From positions 392 to 64,391 of the forward strand of contig JAQGNH010000247.1 of assembly GCA_028291945.1 (NCBI GenBank): a stretch of 64,000 nt of DNA, written 5' to 3'. The position numbers and the translations under genes were made by a program. Origin of the DNA: Betaproteobacteria bacterium (lineage in GTDB: Bacteria; Pseudomonadota; Gammaproteobacteria; Burkholderiales; SG8-41). The first letter of the stretch is position 1; every line of letters begins with the position of its first letter. The notes beneath the pieces were generated by a model. That model saw only the letters and a list, made by a program, of their open reading frames with translations. It made no database searches and was not told the origin of the DNA. This document shows, piece after piece, positions 17,906 through 29,428 of this stretch.

Positions 17906-18769
17906 ATGTCCGTGGCAGCAATGCTCCAAAGTTCTCCTGGGCTATTCATTGCGACGTGCGTGCTGCTTGGGCTTTGCACGGGCAGCTTTCTGAATGTCGT
18001 CATCCACCGCATTCCGCGCATCATGGAAAGCCGTTGGCGCGCGGAATGCGCCGAGTTGAACGCTCAGGAGCCAGCACCAGCGGGCGAGCGCTACAACCTT
18101 ATGGTGCCGCGCTCAAGTTGCCCATCTTGTGGCCACCGCATAGGCGCATTGCAAAATATCCCGATCCTGAGCTATCTCGCCCTGCGCGGGAAATGCTCGG
18201 CTTGCCGCACTTGGATTTCCCCGCGATATCCTCTCGTCGAGGCACTTACCGGGCTTCTGTCGGGCTACGCCGCCTGGCAGATGGGTTTCAGCATAGCGGC
18301 TGCCGGCGCGCTCGTCTTTACATGGGCCATGATCGCCCTTGCATTCATCGACTTCGATACATTCTATCTCCCCGATGACATTACGTTACCCTTGCTGTGG
18401 GCAGGGCTGCTTTTCAACCTGGTCGGTGGATACACGGATCTCGCTTCCGCGGTGATCGGCGCGGCAGCGGGCTATCTCGCCCTATGGCTCGTGTTCTGGC
18501 TCTTTAAACTCGCGACCGGTAAGGAAGGCATGGGCTACGGCGACTTCAAACTGCTCGCCGCGATCGGTGCCTGGCTCGGGTGGAAAATGCTTCCACTTGT
18601 AATTCTGCTGTCTTCATTCGTGGGTGCGTCGGTGGGGATACTCCTCATCGTTATCGCGCGGCGGGGCCGCAACGTTCCGATACCGTTCGGACCCTATCTT
18701 GCAATCGCAGGTATCATCGCCCTTTTTCACGGCGAGACGCTGACACGTCACTATCTCGATCTGTTCTAA
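17906..18769 (+). CDS. pilD: Prepilin peptidase / N-methyltransferase (A24 family)
   Basis: CPSCGHRI…CSAC zinc motif and the catalytic GxGDFK motif (GMGYGDFKLLAAIG). Confidence 0.93.
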   Translation: MSVAAMLQSSPGLFIATCVLLGLCTGSFLNVVIHRIPRIMESRWRAECAELNAQEPAPAGERYNLMVPRSSCPSCGHRIGALQNIPILSYLALRGKCSACRTWISPRYPLVEALTGLLSGYAAWQMGFSIAAAGALVFTWAMIALAFIDFDTFYLPDDITLPLLWAGLLFNLVGGYTDLASAVIGAAAGYLALWLVFWLFKLATGKEGMGYGDFKLLAAIGAWLGWKMLPLVILLSSFVGASVGILLIVIARRGRNVPIPFGPYLAIAGIIALFHGETLTRHYLDLF

Positions 18770-18859
18770 GCTGCCCGCTATTGGCGGCTTGTGTAATCGG
18801 GCAGTGACAGCGCCGAACTCCAGCTACAAACAACCGGTACTTGTTCTCGGGACTACGAT

Positions 18860-19468
18860 ATGCCGTTCTGCGTCGGCCTCACAGGGGGCATCGGATGCGG
18901 AAAATCCAAAGCGACCGACATTTTCGCTGAGCTTGGCGCGGGCGTGGTGGATACCGACGTGATTTCACGCGAGTTGACGGGGCCAGGAGGGGGCGCCATG
19001 CGAGCGATCTCTGCCGAATTCGGACAATCCTACGTCCTTTCCGATGGCAGCCTCGACAGGCCACGCATGCGCGCGCTTGTGTTCAGCGACCCTGGGGCTA
19101 AGCAGAGGCTTGAGCAAATTCTGCATCCGCAAATTCGGGCAGCTTCACGGGAACACATTGCCGCCGCTCCGGAAACTTACGTGATAGTCGTGGTGCCTTT
19201 GCTGCTGGAGACGGGCGCGTACCGCGATTTACTGGATCGAGTACTTGTCATCGATTGCGATGAGGCGCAACAGGTCGCGCGAACGATGGCGCGTAGCGGT
19301 CTCAAGGAGGACGAAGTGCGCAGGATCATGCGAGCGCAAGTGCCGCGTGCCACCAGATTAAAGGGGGCCGACGACGTGCTCCGCAATGACGCTGACATAC
19401 CCGACCTGCGTGCGCAGATCGAAGCATTGCACGCGAAATATTCAGCCGCAGCCCGCAACGCCGTCTGA
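18860..19468 (+). CDS. coaE: Dephospho-CoA kinase
   Basis: VGLTGGIGCGKS P-loop, ~200 aa, in the conserved pilD-coaE-zapD context. Confidence 0.92.
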   Translation: MPFCVGLTGGIGCGKSKATDIFAELGAGVVDTDVISRELTGPGGGAMRAISAEFGQSYVLSDGSLDRPRMRALVFSDPGAKQRLEQILHPQIRAASREHIAAAPETYVIVVVPLLLETGAYRDLLDRVLVIDCDEAQQVARTMARSGLKEDEVRRIMRAQVPRATRLKGADDVLRNDADIPDLRAQIEALHAKYSAAARNAV

Positions 19469-19495
19469 GCGGCTTCTCGAACAAAACCTTTATTT

Positions 19496-20302
19496 TTGCC
19501 CACTTTTGGTGAATACTTGCCGCAATCTTTACCGGCCGGACAGAGCGTGATCAGTTATGAGTACCCGCTGAGCGAGCGCATCCGCACGCTGCTGCGACTT
19601 GAAGACCTGTACGAGCGGCTTGATTACTTTCTTGCCAAGCGCGAAGCGCCTGAGCATCACGTCGCCCTGCTCCTGATTTTCGAGATATACGAAGTCGCGA
19701 GCCGCGCCGACCTCAAATCAGATTTAATGCAGGAGCTGGAGCGGCAGAAACAGTCGCTCGAGGCGCTGCGCGGCAACCCTGAGATTTCTGAGGACGCGCT
19801 CGCCGGGGTGCTGCGGCAGATCGACCACTCCGCGTCCCGGCTTTACCAGGCATCCGGAAAGATCGGCCAGGAGCTGCGGGATAATGAATGGCTAATGAGC
19901 ATCAAGCAGCGCACGAACATTCCCGGCGGAATTTGCGAGTTCGATCTGCCTGCATATCATTATTGGCTGCACCAGCCGCCCGAGCAGCAGCGGCACGATC
20001 TCGACGCCTGGCTCGCGCCGTTCATGCCGATCCGAGACGGAGTGGATATCGTGATGAAGCTCTTGCGGGCCAGCGGGAAAAGCAGCCAGCAGGTCGCCCA
20101 GCAGGGCATGTATCAACAGATGATGACCGGGCGCGTCGCTCAGATGATACGGGTGCGACTCGCCCGCAGCTATCCATGCGTGCCCGAGATCAGTGCAAAC
20201 AAGTATGCGTTGAACATCCGGTTTACGACGCAGGAAAGCGGGCAGCGGCCCAAGGTCGCTGAGACTGATGTCGAATTCGAGCTCACGTTCTGCAACCTCT
20301 AA
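19496..20302 (+). CDS. zapD: Cell division protein ZapD
   Basis: …[24 protein letters not shown]… is typical of ZapD. The true start may be GTG at 19547; the track start is TTG. Confidence 0.88.
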   Translation: MPTFGEYLPQSLPAGQSVISYEYPLSERIRTLLRLEDLYERLDYFLAKREAPEHHVALLLIFEIYEVASRADLKSDLMQELERQKQSLEALRGNPEISEDALAGVLRQIDHSASRLYQASGKIGQELRDNEWLMSIKQRTNIPGGICEFDLPAYHYWLHQPPEQQRHDLDAWLAPFMPIRDGVDIVMKLLRASGKSSQQVAQQGMYQQMMTGRVAQMIRVRLARSYPCVPEISANKYALNIRFTTQESGQRPKVAETDVEFELTFCNL

Positions 20303-20513
20303 CTCCGGGCCGGCGAAAAAGGTCGTCAACTGCCCCCAATGCGGTAAAGGTGTGGTGTGGGATACAAGCAACCGCTTCAGGCCGTTCTGCTCGGAACGCT
20401 GCAAGATGATCGACCTGGGTGCTTGGGCAACCGAGTCCTACCGTATTCCAGTCGAGGAAGACAACGATAACCTCGACGAGGACGAAAGCGGTGATCGCCC
20501 ACCGCAAAACTGA
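20268..20513 (+). CDS. yacG: DNA gyrase inhibitor YacG (zinc finger)
   Basis: CPQCGK…[17 protein letters not shown]. Overlaps the zapD end by 35 nt if ATG 20268 is used. Confidence 0.85.
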   Translation: MSNSSSRSATSNSGPAKKVVNCPQCGKGVVWDTSNRFRPFCSERCKMIDLGAWATESYRIPVEEDNDNLDEDESGDRPPQN

Positions 20514-20530
20514 GATACGGCCGCAACCCT

Positions 20531-21481
20531 TTAAAGTTCCGACCACGCTCCCCGGATCGCAGCGACGCCGTGTGCGCCGGCTTGCCAAGCTGCCTGTAGA
20601 TCTCCTTTCGTCAGCCCCCCGATTGCGTATACCGGCAACGGGTAATCGGCGACCAGCGCTTCGAAGTGATTCCATCCGAGTGTGCCACCGCCTGGATGAG
20701 TTGGCGTTTCCTGTAGCGGCCCCAACAATACGAAATCGAGGCCGAGTTCTGCAGCACGGGTAAGCTCCCGTGCGTCGTGGCATGAGGCACCGACGAAGCT
20801 AACATTAGGGCGACTATCAAGGCGCATGAGACGCGCGGCACTGAGGTGCACGCCATCCATCCCGAAAGTCGCCGCGACTGATTCGTCTCCATTGAGGAGA
20901 ACCGACGCCCCGTAAGGCCGCGCAAGCGCAAGTGCTTCGGTAATCAGCTGTGCGAGCTCACCGGGTGCTAATGTCTTCTCGCGTAGTTGCACGAGCCGCA
21001 ATCCAGCCTGAAGCGCAAGCTTGAAGTTGCGCAGAAAGGTATGCGTCCCGACTTGACCGGCGTTGCTGATCCCATAAAACGTGGGCAGCGCGATCGCCCG
21101 CAATATCGGCCCGTTCGCGGGCAACACTGGCGAGACCGTCAGTGCATTCGTACGCTGCCACGCGAACCGTTGGCCTTCGCGCCCATGGAGAGCGCCGGAC
21201 CAACCTGTCACTCGGTAGAACCGGAGTCTGACTGCTGCGTGCTCGTAGTCGTAATCGCGAGTAATCCACGGGTAGTAGCGTGTGACTTGGACACCGAGTT
21301 CTTCGTGCAGCTCGCGCGCGAGAGCATCCGGAGCGGTTTCGCCGTGCTCGATCTTCCCGCCAGGAAATTCCCAATACCCGGCATACACTTTGTCTGCAGG
21401 CCGCTGTGCCAGTAAAAAACTACCGTCCTCGCGCTGCAGGACAGCCGCAGCGACTTCGATGCGCCGCCTGGACTCAGGCAT
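20531..21481 (-). CDS. Nudix (MutT-like) hydrolase fused to a ThiE-like thiamine-phosphate synthase domain
   Basis: Nudix box GGKIEHGETAPDALARELHEELGV at the N-terminus. TIM-barrel ThiE-like C-terminal half (…VYAIGGLT…). Confidence 0.85.
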   Translation of the reverse strand: MPESRRRIEVAAAVLQREDGSFLLAQRPADKVYAGYWEFPGGKIEHGETAPDALARELHEELGVQVTRYYPWITRDYDYEHAAVRLRFYRVTGWSGALHGREGQRFAWQRTNALTVSPVLPANGPILRAIALPTFYGISNAGQVGTHTFLRNFKLALQAGLRLVQLREKTLAPGELAQLITEALALARPYGASVLLNGDESVAATFGMDGVHLSAARLMRLDSRPNVSFVGASCHDARELTRAAELGLDFVLLGPLQETPTHPGGGTLGWNHFEALVADYPLPVYAIGGLTKGDLQAAWQAGAHGVAAIRGAWSEL

Positions 21482-21544
21482 AAGGGATGAGAGAAGATTT
21501 AATAGCGGCGCGCACTGTGTTGAGCGTGAGCAAAACCCGGAGAG

Positions 21545-22453
21545 CTATGCTTTTTGCTTCTTACCCTGTGCTTTCAACTCTCGGTTTTGCATTCCCTGTT
21601 TGCCGGCCCAGTCCCGCGCGAATTGCCAGGCGACGCGACCGCTGCGCGAGCCTCGAGCGAGCGACCATTGCAGAGCCGCCTTGTGAGCGGCTTCGGTGCC
21701 AGCACCATCGACCTTGAAGTGTTGGATCCAGACGTCCACGATCTTCAGATATTCGTCCTGATCGAACGGATAAAAGGACGCCCAAACACCGAAACGCTCC
21801 GACAGCGAAATCTTTTCCTCTGAGGTTTCCCCGGGGTGAATTTCCTCGCCCACGTGCCGGTATTCGAGGTTCTCGTTCATGTACTCCGGCATCAGATGCC
21901 GCCGGTTGGACGTCGCGTAGATGAGGCAATTATCCGAGGCGGCGGCGATCGAGCCATCGAGCACGACCTTGAGCGCTTTGTAGCCCGGATCGTCTGCTTC
22001 GAACGAAAGATCGTCACAGTAGATCAGAAAGCGTTCGGGCCGTTTCGCGATGATGTCAACGATGTCGGTGAGGTCTACCAGATCCTGCTTTTCGACTTCG
22101 ATCAGTCTCAGACCGCGCGGCGCATACTTGTTCAGCAGCGCCTTGATCAATGAAGACTTGCCTGTGCCTCTCGCGCCGGTCAGCAACACGTTGTTCGCTG
22201 GGTACCCTTCCACGAATTGAACTGTGTTCTGCTCGACCAGACGCTTCTGATCGTCGATGCCTTGAAGCTCCCGCAGATCGATGCGGTGCACGTGTGCGAC
22301 AGGCTCGATGGCGGTGCGGCCGCCTTTCCTTCGCCAGCGGAAGCCGACCGAAGCTTTCCAGTCGATCGGCGCGGGCTCTGCAGGCAGCACTTTCTCCAGG
22401 CGCTCGAGCAGTGCATCTGCGCGCGCTATCAGTTTGATCGCATCCTGTTTCAT
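21545..22453 (-). CDS. DUF815-type AAA ATPase
   Basis: Walker A GARGTGKSS, Walker B …FLIYCDDLSF. Confidence 0.75.
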   Translation of the reverse strand: MKQDAIKLIARADALLERLEKVLPAEPAPIDWKASVGFRWRRKGGRTAIEPVAHVHRIDLRELQGIDDQKRLVEQNTVQFVEGYPANNVLLTGARGTGKSSLIKALLNKYAPRGLRLIEVEKQDLVDLTDIVDIIAKRPERFLIYCDDLSFEADDPGYKALKVVLDGSIAAASDNCLIYATSNRRHLMPEYMNENLEYRHVGEEIHPGETSEEKISLSERFGVWASFYPFDQDEYLKIVDVWIQHFKVDGAGTEAAHKAALQWSLARGSRSGRVAWQFARDWAGKQGMQNRELKAQGKKQKA

Positions 22454-22501
22454 TGTGTGGTCTGCGCGATGACCCCCGCGCCCGCCTACGTGTGCTGCTT
22501 T

Positions 22502-23740
22502 TCAGCTGCGGTAATCGGCGTTGATGCTGACGTAATCATGCGAGAGGTCGCAAGTCCACACTCGCGCTGCAGACAGACCGCGACCCAAGTTAACGCGCAC
22601 AGTGATTTCGCTTTGTTTCATCACGCGCTGGCCGTCAGCTTCTTGATACTCGAGGTAACGGCCCCCGTTCTTGGCGACGAGCACATCGTCGAGGTAGAGA
22701 TCCACTGTGCCGACATCGAGATCAGCTATCCCCGCGTTGCCGACCGCGGCAAGTATACGGCCGAGGTTGGGATCGGACGCGAAAAAGGCTGTCTTGACCA
22801 GAGGCGAGTGCGCGATGGCATAAGCGACTTTTCGGCACTCGGGCTCATCGCGACCGGCCTCGACGCGCACGGTGATGAACTTGGTCGCGCCTTCACCGTC
22901 TCGGACGATCGCTTGCGCAAGCCGCGCCGAAATATCGGTAACGGCATCGCGGAACGCATAGTATTCGTCGCTGTTCGCGTCGCGGAGCTCAGGCATGTCT
23001 GTGCGGCCGGTCGCAATCAGTACAAAAGAATCGTTGGTGGAAGTATCGCCGTCGACAGTAATGCAATTGAAAGAGCGCTCGGCAGCGTAACGCACCGCTT
23101 CTTGAAGCACAGCAGCGCTCACACGCGCGTCGGTCGCGACGTAGCCGAGCATCGTCGCCATATTGGGCTCGATCATGCCCGCGCCTTTAGCGATGCCAGT
23201 GACCGTGATTTGCTTTTCCCCTACCTTGTACTTCCGAGATGCGGCTTTGGGCACGGTGTCCGTCGTCATGATCGTCCGTGCCGCGCTCGCCCACGCAGAC
23301 GCATCGAGAGTGTCGATACAGCGCGGCAAAGCTGCAACAATGCGCTCGACAGGCAGGGGTTCCATGATAACGCCAGTCGAAAAGGGCAGCACCTGAGCAG
23401 GTGCACACTTGAGCAGCCTCGCAACCGCCTCACACGTCGCGCGTGCGTCAGAAAGTCCCCTGCTGCCGGTGCCGGCGTTTGCGTTGCCGGTATTCACCAC
23501 GAGCGCCCTTATGGAGCCAGACACATGAACTTGTGCAAGATGCTCCCGCGCGACGGTGACCGGCGCCGCACAGAATCGATTCTGCGTGAAAACCGCCGCG
23601 ACCTGCGCGCACTCGTCGAGCCGCATCAGCAGCAGATCCTTGCGATTAGCCTTACGTATAGCGGCTTCGGCAACGCCGAGTTCAAGGCCAGGAACGGCGA
23701 GCAGGTCGCGTGGATTCGGCGCGCTCAGGTTAACCGGCAT
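22502..23740 (-). CDS. argJ: Bifunctional glutamate N-acetyltransferase / amino-acid acetyltransferase
   Basis: …NTGNANAGTG… and the autoproteolytic site …[14 protein letters not shown]…. Confidence 0.95.
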   Translation of the reverse strand: MPVNLSAPNPRDLLAVPGLELGVAEAAIRKANRKDLLLMRLDECAQVAAVFTQNRFCAAPVTVAREHLAQVHVSGSIRALVVNTGNANAGTGSRGLSDARATCEAVARLLKCAPAQVLPFSTGVIMEPLPVERIVAALPRCIDTLDASAWASAARTIMTTDTVPKAASRKYKVGEKQITVTGIAKGAGMIEPNMATMLGYVATDARVSAAVLQEAVRYAAERSFNCITVDGDTSTNDSFVLIATGRTDMPELRDANSDEYYAFRDAVTDISARLAQAIVRDGEGATKFITVRVEAGRDEPECRKVAYAIAHSPLVKTAFFASDPNLGRILAAVGNAGIADLDVGTVDLYLDDVLVAKNGGRYLEYQEADGQRVMKQSEITVRVNLGRGLSAARVWTCDLSHDYVSINADYRS

Positions 23741-23752
23741 CGTGCGGACGGA

Positions 23753-26590
23753 TTACGTCAGTTTGCCGTGGCAATGCTTGTATTTCTTGCCGGAACCGCA
23801 CGGACAGGGATCATTCCGGCCCACTTTCTGACCACCACGCACGAAAGGCTGCGGCCTTTCCTCCATGACGGCCACGTCACCGTCTTCCTCCATGTCCGCG
23901 TCCGGAACGCCAGCGCCGCCGTCGCCGTATTCAGGATGCTGATACTGCATGTTGGTCGGCAGTTCGGGCTCTTCCACCTGCTGCAGCTCCTCGGCGCTGC
24001 GGATCTGGACCATCATAAGGAGCTTGGTGACGTCCGTCTTGATCGCCTCGAGCAGTAGCGAGAACAGCTCGAAAGCCTCACGCTTGTATTCCTGCGTGGG
24101 ATTCTTTTGCGCATACCCGCGTAAATGGATGCCTTGCCGCAAATGATCGAGCGCTGCCAGGTGTTCGCGCCAGTGGGTGTCCAGGCTTTGCAGCATGATG
24201 GCGCGCTCGTAACCGCGCATCGCTTTTGCGTCTACCGCCGCGATCTTGTCGGTGTAGTGTTTGTGCGCCGCTTCAATGATGCGTGAGCGCAGCTCGCTTT
24301 CCTCGAGATCGGATTCCGCCTCCAGCCATGCCTTGACCGGGAGCTTGACAGAAAGCTCGACCTCCAGCGTACGTTCGAGCCCGTCTATATCCCACTGCTC
24401 GTCCAGACTGCCGGGGGGCATGTGCTGATCGATATAACCAGTGACGACGTCCGTTCTCATTGCGGTGATCGTCGCAGAAATGTCTTCGACCTGCAGAAGC
24501 TCGTTGCGCTGTTGGTAGATGACCTTGCGTTGATCGTTCGCAACATCGTCGTATTCGAGCAGGTGCTTGCGCATATCAAAATTGCGCGCTTCCACTTTGC
24601 GCTGGGCGTTCTCGATGGAGCGCGTCACCCACGGATGCTCGATCGCTTCGCCATCAGGCATCTTGAGCCGCTCCATGATCGCGGCCACGCGATCGGACGC
24701 GAAAATGCGCAGCAGCTGATCCTCGAGCGAGAGATAGAAGCGGCTCGACCCCGGATCACCCTGGCGACCCGAACGTCCGCGCAATTGATTATCGATGCGG
24801 CGTGATTCGTGACGTTCGGTTCCGACGATGTGCAGCCCCCCCGCCGCAACGACATCGTTGTGCAGTTTCTGCCAGTCGCGCCGTATTTCTTCGACGCGCT
24901 TTGCCTTGTCGGCATCGCTGAGACTCTCGTCCGCCATCACCGCATTGATCTCAGGCTGCGGATTGCCGCCGAGCACGATATCGGTTCCTCGACCCGCCAT
25001 GTTCGTCGCGATGGTGACCATTTTCGGACGACCCGCTTGCACGACTATCTCTGCCTCGCGCGCGTGCTGCTTTGCATTCAGCACGTTGTGCGGCAGGTCC
25101 TCTTTATTAAGCATTCCCGAGATCAACTCGGAATTCTCGATTGAAGTTGTACCGACGAGTGCCGGTTGGCCCCGCTGGTAGCAGTCGCGGATGTCATTGA
25201 TGATCGCCTGGTATTTTTCGCGCCCAGTGCGGAAGACTTGATCCATGCGGTCTGCGCGAACCATGTTCTGGTGCGTTGGAATGACGACGGTTTCCAGTCC
25301 ATAAATCTGCTGAAACTCGTACGCCTCCGTGTCGGCGGTGCCGGTCATGCCGGCGAGCTTCTTGTACATCCGGAAGTAGTTCTGAAACGTGATCGTCGCG
25401 AGCGTCTGATTTTCCTTCTGAATATCGACGCCCTCTTTCGCTTCGACCGCCTGATGCAGGCCTTCGGACCAGCGGCGGCCCGGCATCAGCCTTCCGGTGA
25501 ACTCATCGACAATGATGATCTCGCCGTTCTGCACCACGTACTGCTGATCGCGCAGGAACAGCGTATGAGCGCGCAAGGCTGCGTTCAGGTGATGCATGAG
25601 GTTGATGTTGGCCGCGTCGTAAAGGCTGCTGTTTTCGGGCAGCAAACCCGCCTGTTCCATCAACTGCTCGGCGTGCTCATGTCCCTGTTCCGAGAGTATG
25701 ACCTGGTGCGCTTTCTCGTCGACCCAGTAATCACCCGGGGCTTTCTCGTCCTTCTGGCGCTGCAGCTTGGGCGCGATCACGTTGATGCGGATGTAAAGAT
25801 CAGTCGTATCCTCTGCCTGCCCGGAAATGATGAGCGGGGTGCGCGCCTCATCGATCAGAATTGAATCCACTTCGTCGACAATCGCGTAATAAAGCGGCCG
25901 CTGCACTTTCTCCGAGGTGTGATACACCATGTTGTCGCGCAGATAATCAAAGCCAAATTCGTTGTTCGTGCCGTACGTGATGTCGGCGGCGTAGGCCTGC
26001 TGTTTGAGATCGTGCTCCATTTGGGAGAGGTTCACGCCGACACTCATGCCGAGAAAACGATATAGCTGTCCCATCCAGTCGGCGTCGCGCTGGGCGAGAT
26101 AATCGTTGACGGTCACGATGTGCACGCCGAGGCCCGCCAGAGCATTCAGATACGCCGGCAACGTCGCGACCAGCGTCTTGCCCTCGCCGGTGCGCATTTC
26201 GCCAATCTTTCCGTTGTGAAGCGCAATACCGCCAATCAGCTGGACGTCGAAATGACGCATGCTCAACACGCGTTTCCCGGCTTCCCTGACCACCGCGAAC
26301 GCTTCGGGAAGAATCTCTTCGAGGGCCTCGCGGCGAACGCGGTCAACAGCGACGTCGTGGGTTTCGTCCGCAGGTTTCGCTTCGTCTTGCTGCACGGGCG
26401 GTGGAGCGACCTTGTCGACGCGTTCCTGGATACGCTTGCGAAACTCATCGGTTTTCGCGCGAAGCTCGGCGTCGGTCAAGCGCGCGGTCTGCGGCTCCAG
26501 CGCATTGATTTCGCGCACAGCGCGGCCGTACTGCTTCAACAACCGCTCGTTGCGGCTGCCGAAGATTTTTTTGAGCACTCCTTGGATCAT
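23753..26590 (-). CDS. secA: Preprotein translocase ATPase SecA
   Basis: …[12 protein letters not shown]…MRTGEGKTL…[19 protein letters not shown]…, C-terminal zinc motif [14 protein letters not shown]. Confidence 0.98.
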   Translation of the reverse strand: MIQGVLKKIFGSRNERLLKQYGRAVREINALEPQTARLTDAELRAKTDEFRKRIQERVDKVAPPPVQQDEAKPADETHDVAVDRVRREALEEILPEAFAVVREAGKRVLSMRHFDVQLIGGIALHNGKIGEMRTGEGKTLVATLPAYLNALAGLGVHIVTVNDYLAQRDADWMGQLYRFLGMSVGVNLSQMEHDLKQQAYAADITYGTNNEFGFDYLRDNMVYHTSEKVQRPLYYAIVDEVDSILIDEARTPLIISGQAEDTTDLYIRINVIAPKLQRQKDEKAPGDYWVDEKAHQVILSEQGHEHAEQLMEQAGLLPENSSLYDAANINLMHHLNAALRAHTLFLRDQQYVVQNGEIIIVDEFTGRLMPGRRWSEGLHQAVEAKEGVDIQKENQTLATITFQNYFRMYKKLAGMTGTADTEAYEFQQIYGLETVVIPTHQNMVRADRMDQVFRTGREKYQAIINDIRDCYQRGQPALVGTTSIENSELISGMLNKEDLPHNVLNAKQHAREAEIVVQAGRPKMVTIATNMAGRGTDIVLGGNPQPEINAVMADESLSDADKAKRVEEIRRDWQKLHNDVVAAGGLHIVGTERHESRRIDNQLRGRSGRQGDPGSSRFYLSLEDQLLRIFASDRVAAIMERLKMPDGEAIEHPWVTRSIENAQRKVEARNFDMRKHLLEYDDVANDQRKVIYQQRNELLQVEDISATITAMRTDVVTGYIDQHMPPGSLDEQWDIDGLERTLEVELSVKLPVKAWLEAESDLEESELRSRIIEAAHKHYTDKIAAVDAKAMRGYERAIMLQSLDTHWREHLAALDHLRQGIHLRGYAQKNPTQEYKREAFELFSLLLEAIKTDVTKLLMMVQIRSAEELQQVEEPELPTNMQYQHPEYGDGGAGVPDADMEEDGDVAVMEERPQPFVRGGQKVGRNDPCPCGSGKKYKHCHGKLT

Positions 26591-26631
26591 GAGCGTGGGC
26601 TTGGACCCCCGCTGCCGGGGGCCAAGTTCAT

Positions 26632-26659
26632 AAAAAAAGGGTGGGGAACCGCCCCACCC
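26632..26659 (-). terminator. Rho-independent terminator after the M23 peptidase gene
   Basis: Minus-sense GGGTGGGG-cggtt-CCCCACCC followed by T7. Confidence 0.7.
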
Positions 26660-26683
26660 TGTGTTCCTTGAGATCTCCGGACT

Positions 26684-27595
26684 TTAGCCGGGCTGTCGCA
26701 GAAACTGAGTCGGATTCTGCGGCACGCCCTGCTGCCGGACCTCGAAATGCAGATGTGTTCCCGTTGCGCGCCCGGTTCTGCCGACTTCGGCAATTTTGGC
26801 GCCACTCAACACCACGTCCCCTGCCCTGACCAGCCGCTTCGAAGCATGCGCATAGCGGGTGACGAGACCGTTGCCGTGGTCTATCTCAACCATATTACCA
26901 TATTGGGGGTGCAAGTCCGAGTACACAACTACCCCGCCTGCGGCAGCGTGAATCGGAGTACCGGACTCGGCCATGAAATCGATGCCTTCGTGAAACGCGC
27001 GCTGTCCCGTGAAAGGGTCGATCCGCCAGCCGTAGCTCGACGAGTGCCATGCCGCCTGAACGGGGGGCATCGATGGGACCAGTTTCTTGCGCGCGCTCTC
27101 GAGCGTCAGCAGGGACTCCAGCACGCCAAGCGTGTCGCCGCGGTCTTCGACCCTGCGGGTGAGCGCGTCAAGCTGCTGATTGATGTCGCCGAGGGAGAGA
27201 TCCTGGCTCGCAACGGAGGACTCGGCGCCGCCCCGCCCGGGTGTCTGCCCAAACATCAGTTCCTGCGGTTTGAACCCGGCAAGTTTGGCAAGCCGCTCGC
27301 CCAGGGTATCGAGCCGCAGCAACTCGGCCTGCATTTGGCCCAACCGCACCGCCATCGCGTTCAGGTTCTCACGCATGTACGATTCGGCTCTCTGGGTATC
27401 GTCCCGACGGGCCGAGCCCAGCATGCTTTGCATGTAGGGCAGATCAGCGGCATAGCGCAGCACTGCGTAGTTGAGCGCGGTCGTGAATGCGATGACCGAC
27501 CCAATACCCGCAAAGGCGAGCACTGCGAGTTGAGACAGACTGACCGTTATCGTTCTGGCTTTTGCGAGTCTGTCAGAGACTAGGATAATATCCAT
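26684..27595 (-). CDS. M23-family metallopeptidase (membrane-anchored)
   Basis: Start MDIILVSDRLAKARTITVSL at 27595, N-terminal TM segment. M23 motifs HEGIDF… and …THLHFEV. The track ORF has a 47-aa extension that would overlap the divergent gene. Confidence 0.88.
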   Translation of the reverse strand: MDIILVSDRLAKARTITVSLSQLAVLAFAGIGSVIAFTTALNYAVLRYAADLPYMQSMLGSARRDDTQRAESYMRENLNAMAVRLGQMQAELLRLDTLGERLAKLAGFKPQELMFGQTPGRGGAESSVASQDLSLGDINQQLDALTRRVEDRGDTLGVLESLLTLESARKKLVPSMPPVQAAWHSSSYGWRIDPFTGQRAFHEGIDFMAESGTPIHAAAGGVVVYSDLHPQYGNMVEIDHGNGLVTRYAHASKRLVRAGDVVLSGAKIAEVGRTGRATGTHLHFEVRQQGVPQNPTQFLRQPG

Positions 27596-27646
27596 CGGCT
27601 CGCTCCCTTGGATTACAGAGCCTATACCACGAGGCTCTAGATTCCC

Positions 27647-28087
27647 ATGCCGCTTCACACGATCGGCAAGTTGCTGAGTGCTACCGACGAGCTTAAAGCT
27701 CTGCAGGCGCGCACTCGCCAGCTTCTGGAACTGCAAACGCTATATCTTGGATCCGCCCCCCGGGAACTCGCTAGCTCGAGCCGGGTGAAAGGCTATCGGG
27801 CGGGAACGCTTTTTGTCTCTGCTGACAATGCAGCGATAGCTGCGAAGTTGAAGCAACTGGCGCCGCGTTTATTGGCGTCCGTTCAAAAATTCGAAATGCA
27901 GGTTACTTCAATACGTATAGAGGTGCAAGTGACGGGGTCGCAGCGCACTTGCAAGTCCATTAAAACCTCATTAACCCCTGAAGCAGTTGAGGAATTTGAC
28001 GCACTTTCCAAGCGCGTTACCAACCTGGATCTGAAGTCGGCGCTTTCCAATCTGGTCAACCGCCACGGCAAACCTGGGCCACGCTAG
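27647..28087 (+). CDS. DUF721 (DciA-like) protein
   Basis: 146 aa, …YRAGTLFVSADNAAIAAKLKQLAPRLL…, in the conserved position between lpxC and secA in betaproteobacteria. Confidence 0.6.
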   Translation: MPLHTIGKLLSATDELKALQARTRQLLELQTLYLGSAPRELASSSRVKGYRAGTLFVSADNAAIAAKLKQLAPRLLASVQKFEMQVTSIRIEVQVTGSQRTCKSIKTSLTPEAVEEFDALSKRVTNLDLKSALSNLVNRHGKPGPR

Positions 28088-28269
28088 ATGACGAGCACGA
28101 GGCGTTCGAGCACGTACAGCACCATGACTGCGATGACGAATACCAGCGCGAACTGCAGAATGCGCCACGTCCATGTGAGATACCGCCGGTTCCTGGTGTA
28201 AAGGAAGAGCCCGAAGGCAATCGCGATCGCGAGCAACGCCAGCACCGCGACGAGCCGTAGGACGAACAC
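28084..28269 (-). CDS. Possible small two-TM membrane protein downstream of lpxC
   Basis: GTG 28269: VFVLRLVAVLALLAIAIAFGLFLYTRNRRYLTWTWRILQFALVFVIAVMVLYVLERLVLVI. Start not certain. The longer track ORF overlaps lpxC. Confidence 0.35.
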   Translation of the reverse strand: MFVLRLVAVLALLAIAIAFGLFLYTRNRRYLTWTWRILQFALVFVIAVMVLYVLERLVLVI

Positions 28270-28303
28270 CGTTAATCCGAGAGGACCGCCGGCAGCTGCA
28301 AAC

Positions 28304-29215
28304 TCAAGCCGGTTGAGGTTGCCAGGCGAGGAAAGCGGGAGCGTCCTCGATGCGCTCGAAGCGCACATACTCCCACGCGGACAGCTGTTCGAGCAGACGT
28401 CGCAACAGCAGGTTATTGAGAGCATGGCCCGACTTGTAGCCACTGAACGCGCCGATCAGCGGATGTCCCAAAAGGTAGAGATCACCGATCGCGTCCAGCA
28501 CTTTGTGCTTCACGAACTCGTCTTCGTAACGCAGGCCGTCCATGTTCAGGACGCGATACTCATCCATCACGATCGCGTTATCGAGACTCCCGCCGAGGGC
28601 GAGCCCCTGTTCCCGCATCGCTTCCACATCCTGCATAAAACCGAACGTGCGGGCGCGGCTCACTTCCCTAATATAGGAAGTCGACGAGAAATCGACGCGG
28701 ACCGATTGGCTTGATCGCTCCATGACCGGATGATCGAAATCAATCGAAAGGTCGAGCTTGAAGCCGTTATGGGGATCGAAACGTACCCACTTGCCGCCGT
28801 CGTGCACTTCCACGGTCTCGAGCACGCGAATGAACGTCTTGGCTTTTTTCTGCTCTTTGAGTCCCGCCGATTGCAGTAAAAATACGAACGGGCCCGCACT
28901 TCCGTCCATGATCGGCACTTCGCCCGCAGTGAGGTCGACGTATGCGTTGTCGACACCGAGGCCCGCAAAAGCAGACATCAGATGCTCTACAGTGGATACC
29001 CGCACGCCGTCCTTCTCGAGGCACGAGGACAGGCGCGTATCGCCGACGGCATAGGGGCTTGCCCTGATCTCGACAGGCTGCGGCAAATCGACACGGCGGA
29101 ACACGATTCCGGTATCGGGCGGGGCCGGACGCAAGGTGAGGTACACCTTTTCTCCGGTGTGCAGCCCGACGCCTGTGGCACGGATCATGTTCTTCAGCGT
29201 GCGCTGATGGATCAC
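28304..29215 (-). CDS. lpxC: UDP-3-O-acyl-N-acetylglucosamine deacetylase
   Basis: MIHQRTLKN…[10 protein letters not shown]…TVEHLMSA… GTG start. Confidence 0.97.
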   Translation of the reverse strand: MIHQRTLKNMIRATGVGLHTGEKVYLTLRPAPPDTGIVFRRVDLPQPVEIRASPYAVGDTRLSSCLEKDGVRVSTVEHLMSAFAGLGVDNAYVDLTAGEVPIMDGSAGPFVFLLQSAGLKEQKKAKTFIRVLETVEVHDGGKWVRFDPHNGFKLDLSIDFDHPVMERSSQSVRVDFSSTSYIREVSRARTFGFMQDVEAMREQGLALGGSLDNAIVMDEYRVLNMDGLRYEDEFVKHKVLDAIGDLYLLGHPLIGAFSGYKSGHALNNLLLRRLLEQLSAWEYVRFERIEDAPAFLAWQPQPA

Positions 29216-29428
29216 CTAGTCTCTCTAATACCTTATAAATCAGCGCTGCAGTCTATCATGCAGCCTCGATGTTGCACAGTAAAAAGCCATTGCCACTCAT
29301 AGGGATATGTCGCTGTCGTGCGACAATCTCGGCTACTCCATCAGCACAAGCCATGCGAGCGGCATACCGACGCCGCCCGCGTGTGAGAGGCAACTGCCCT
29401 TGTCGCTGGACGCCAGGACCATGGCGAC

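Noticed and set aside
22217-24058. 613-aa ORF on the + strand
   Set aside because: It is antisense to argJ, the DUF815 gene end and the secA 3' end, all of which have clear family motifs. Its composition is Arg/Ala/His-rich and low in complexity, typical of shadow ORFs in high-GC DNA.
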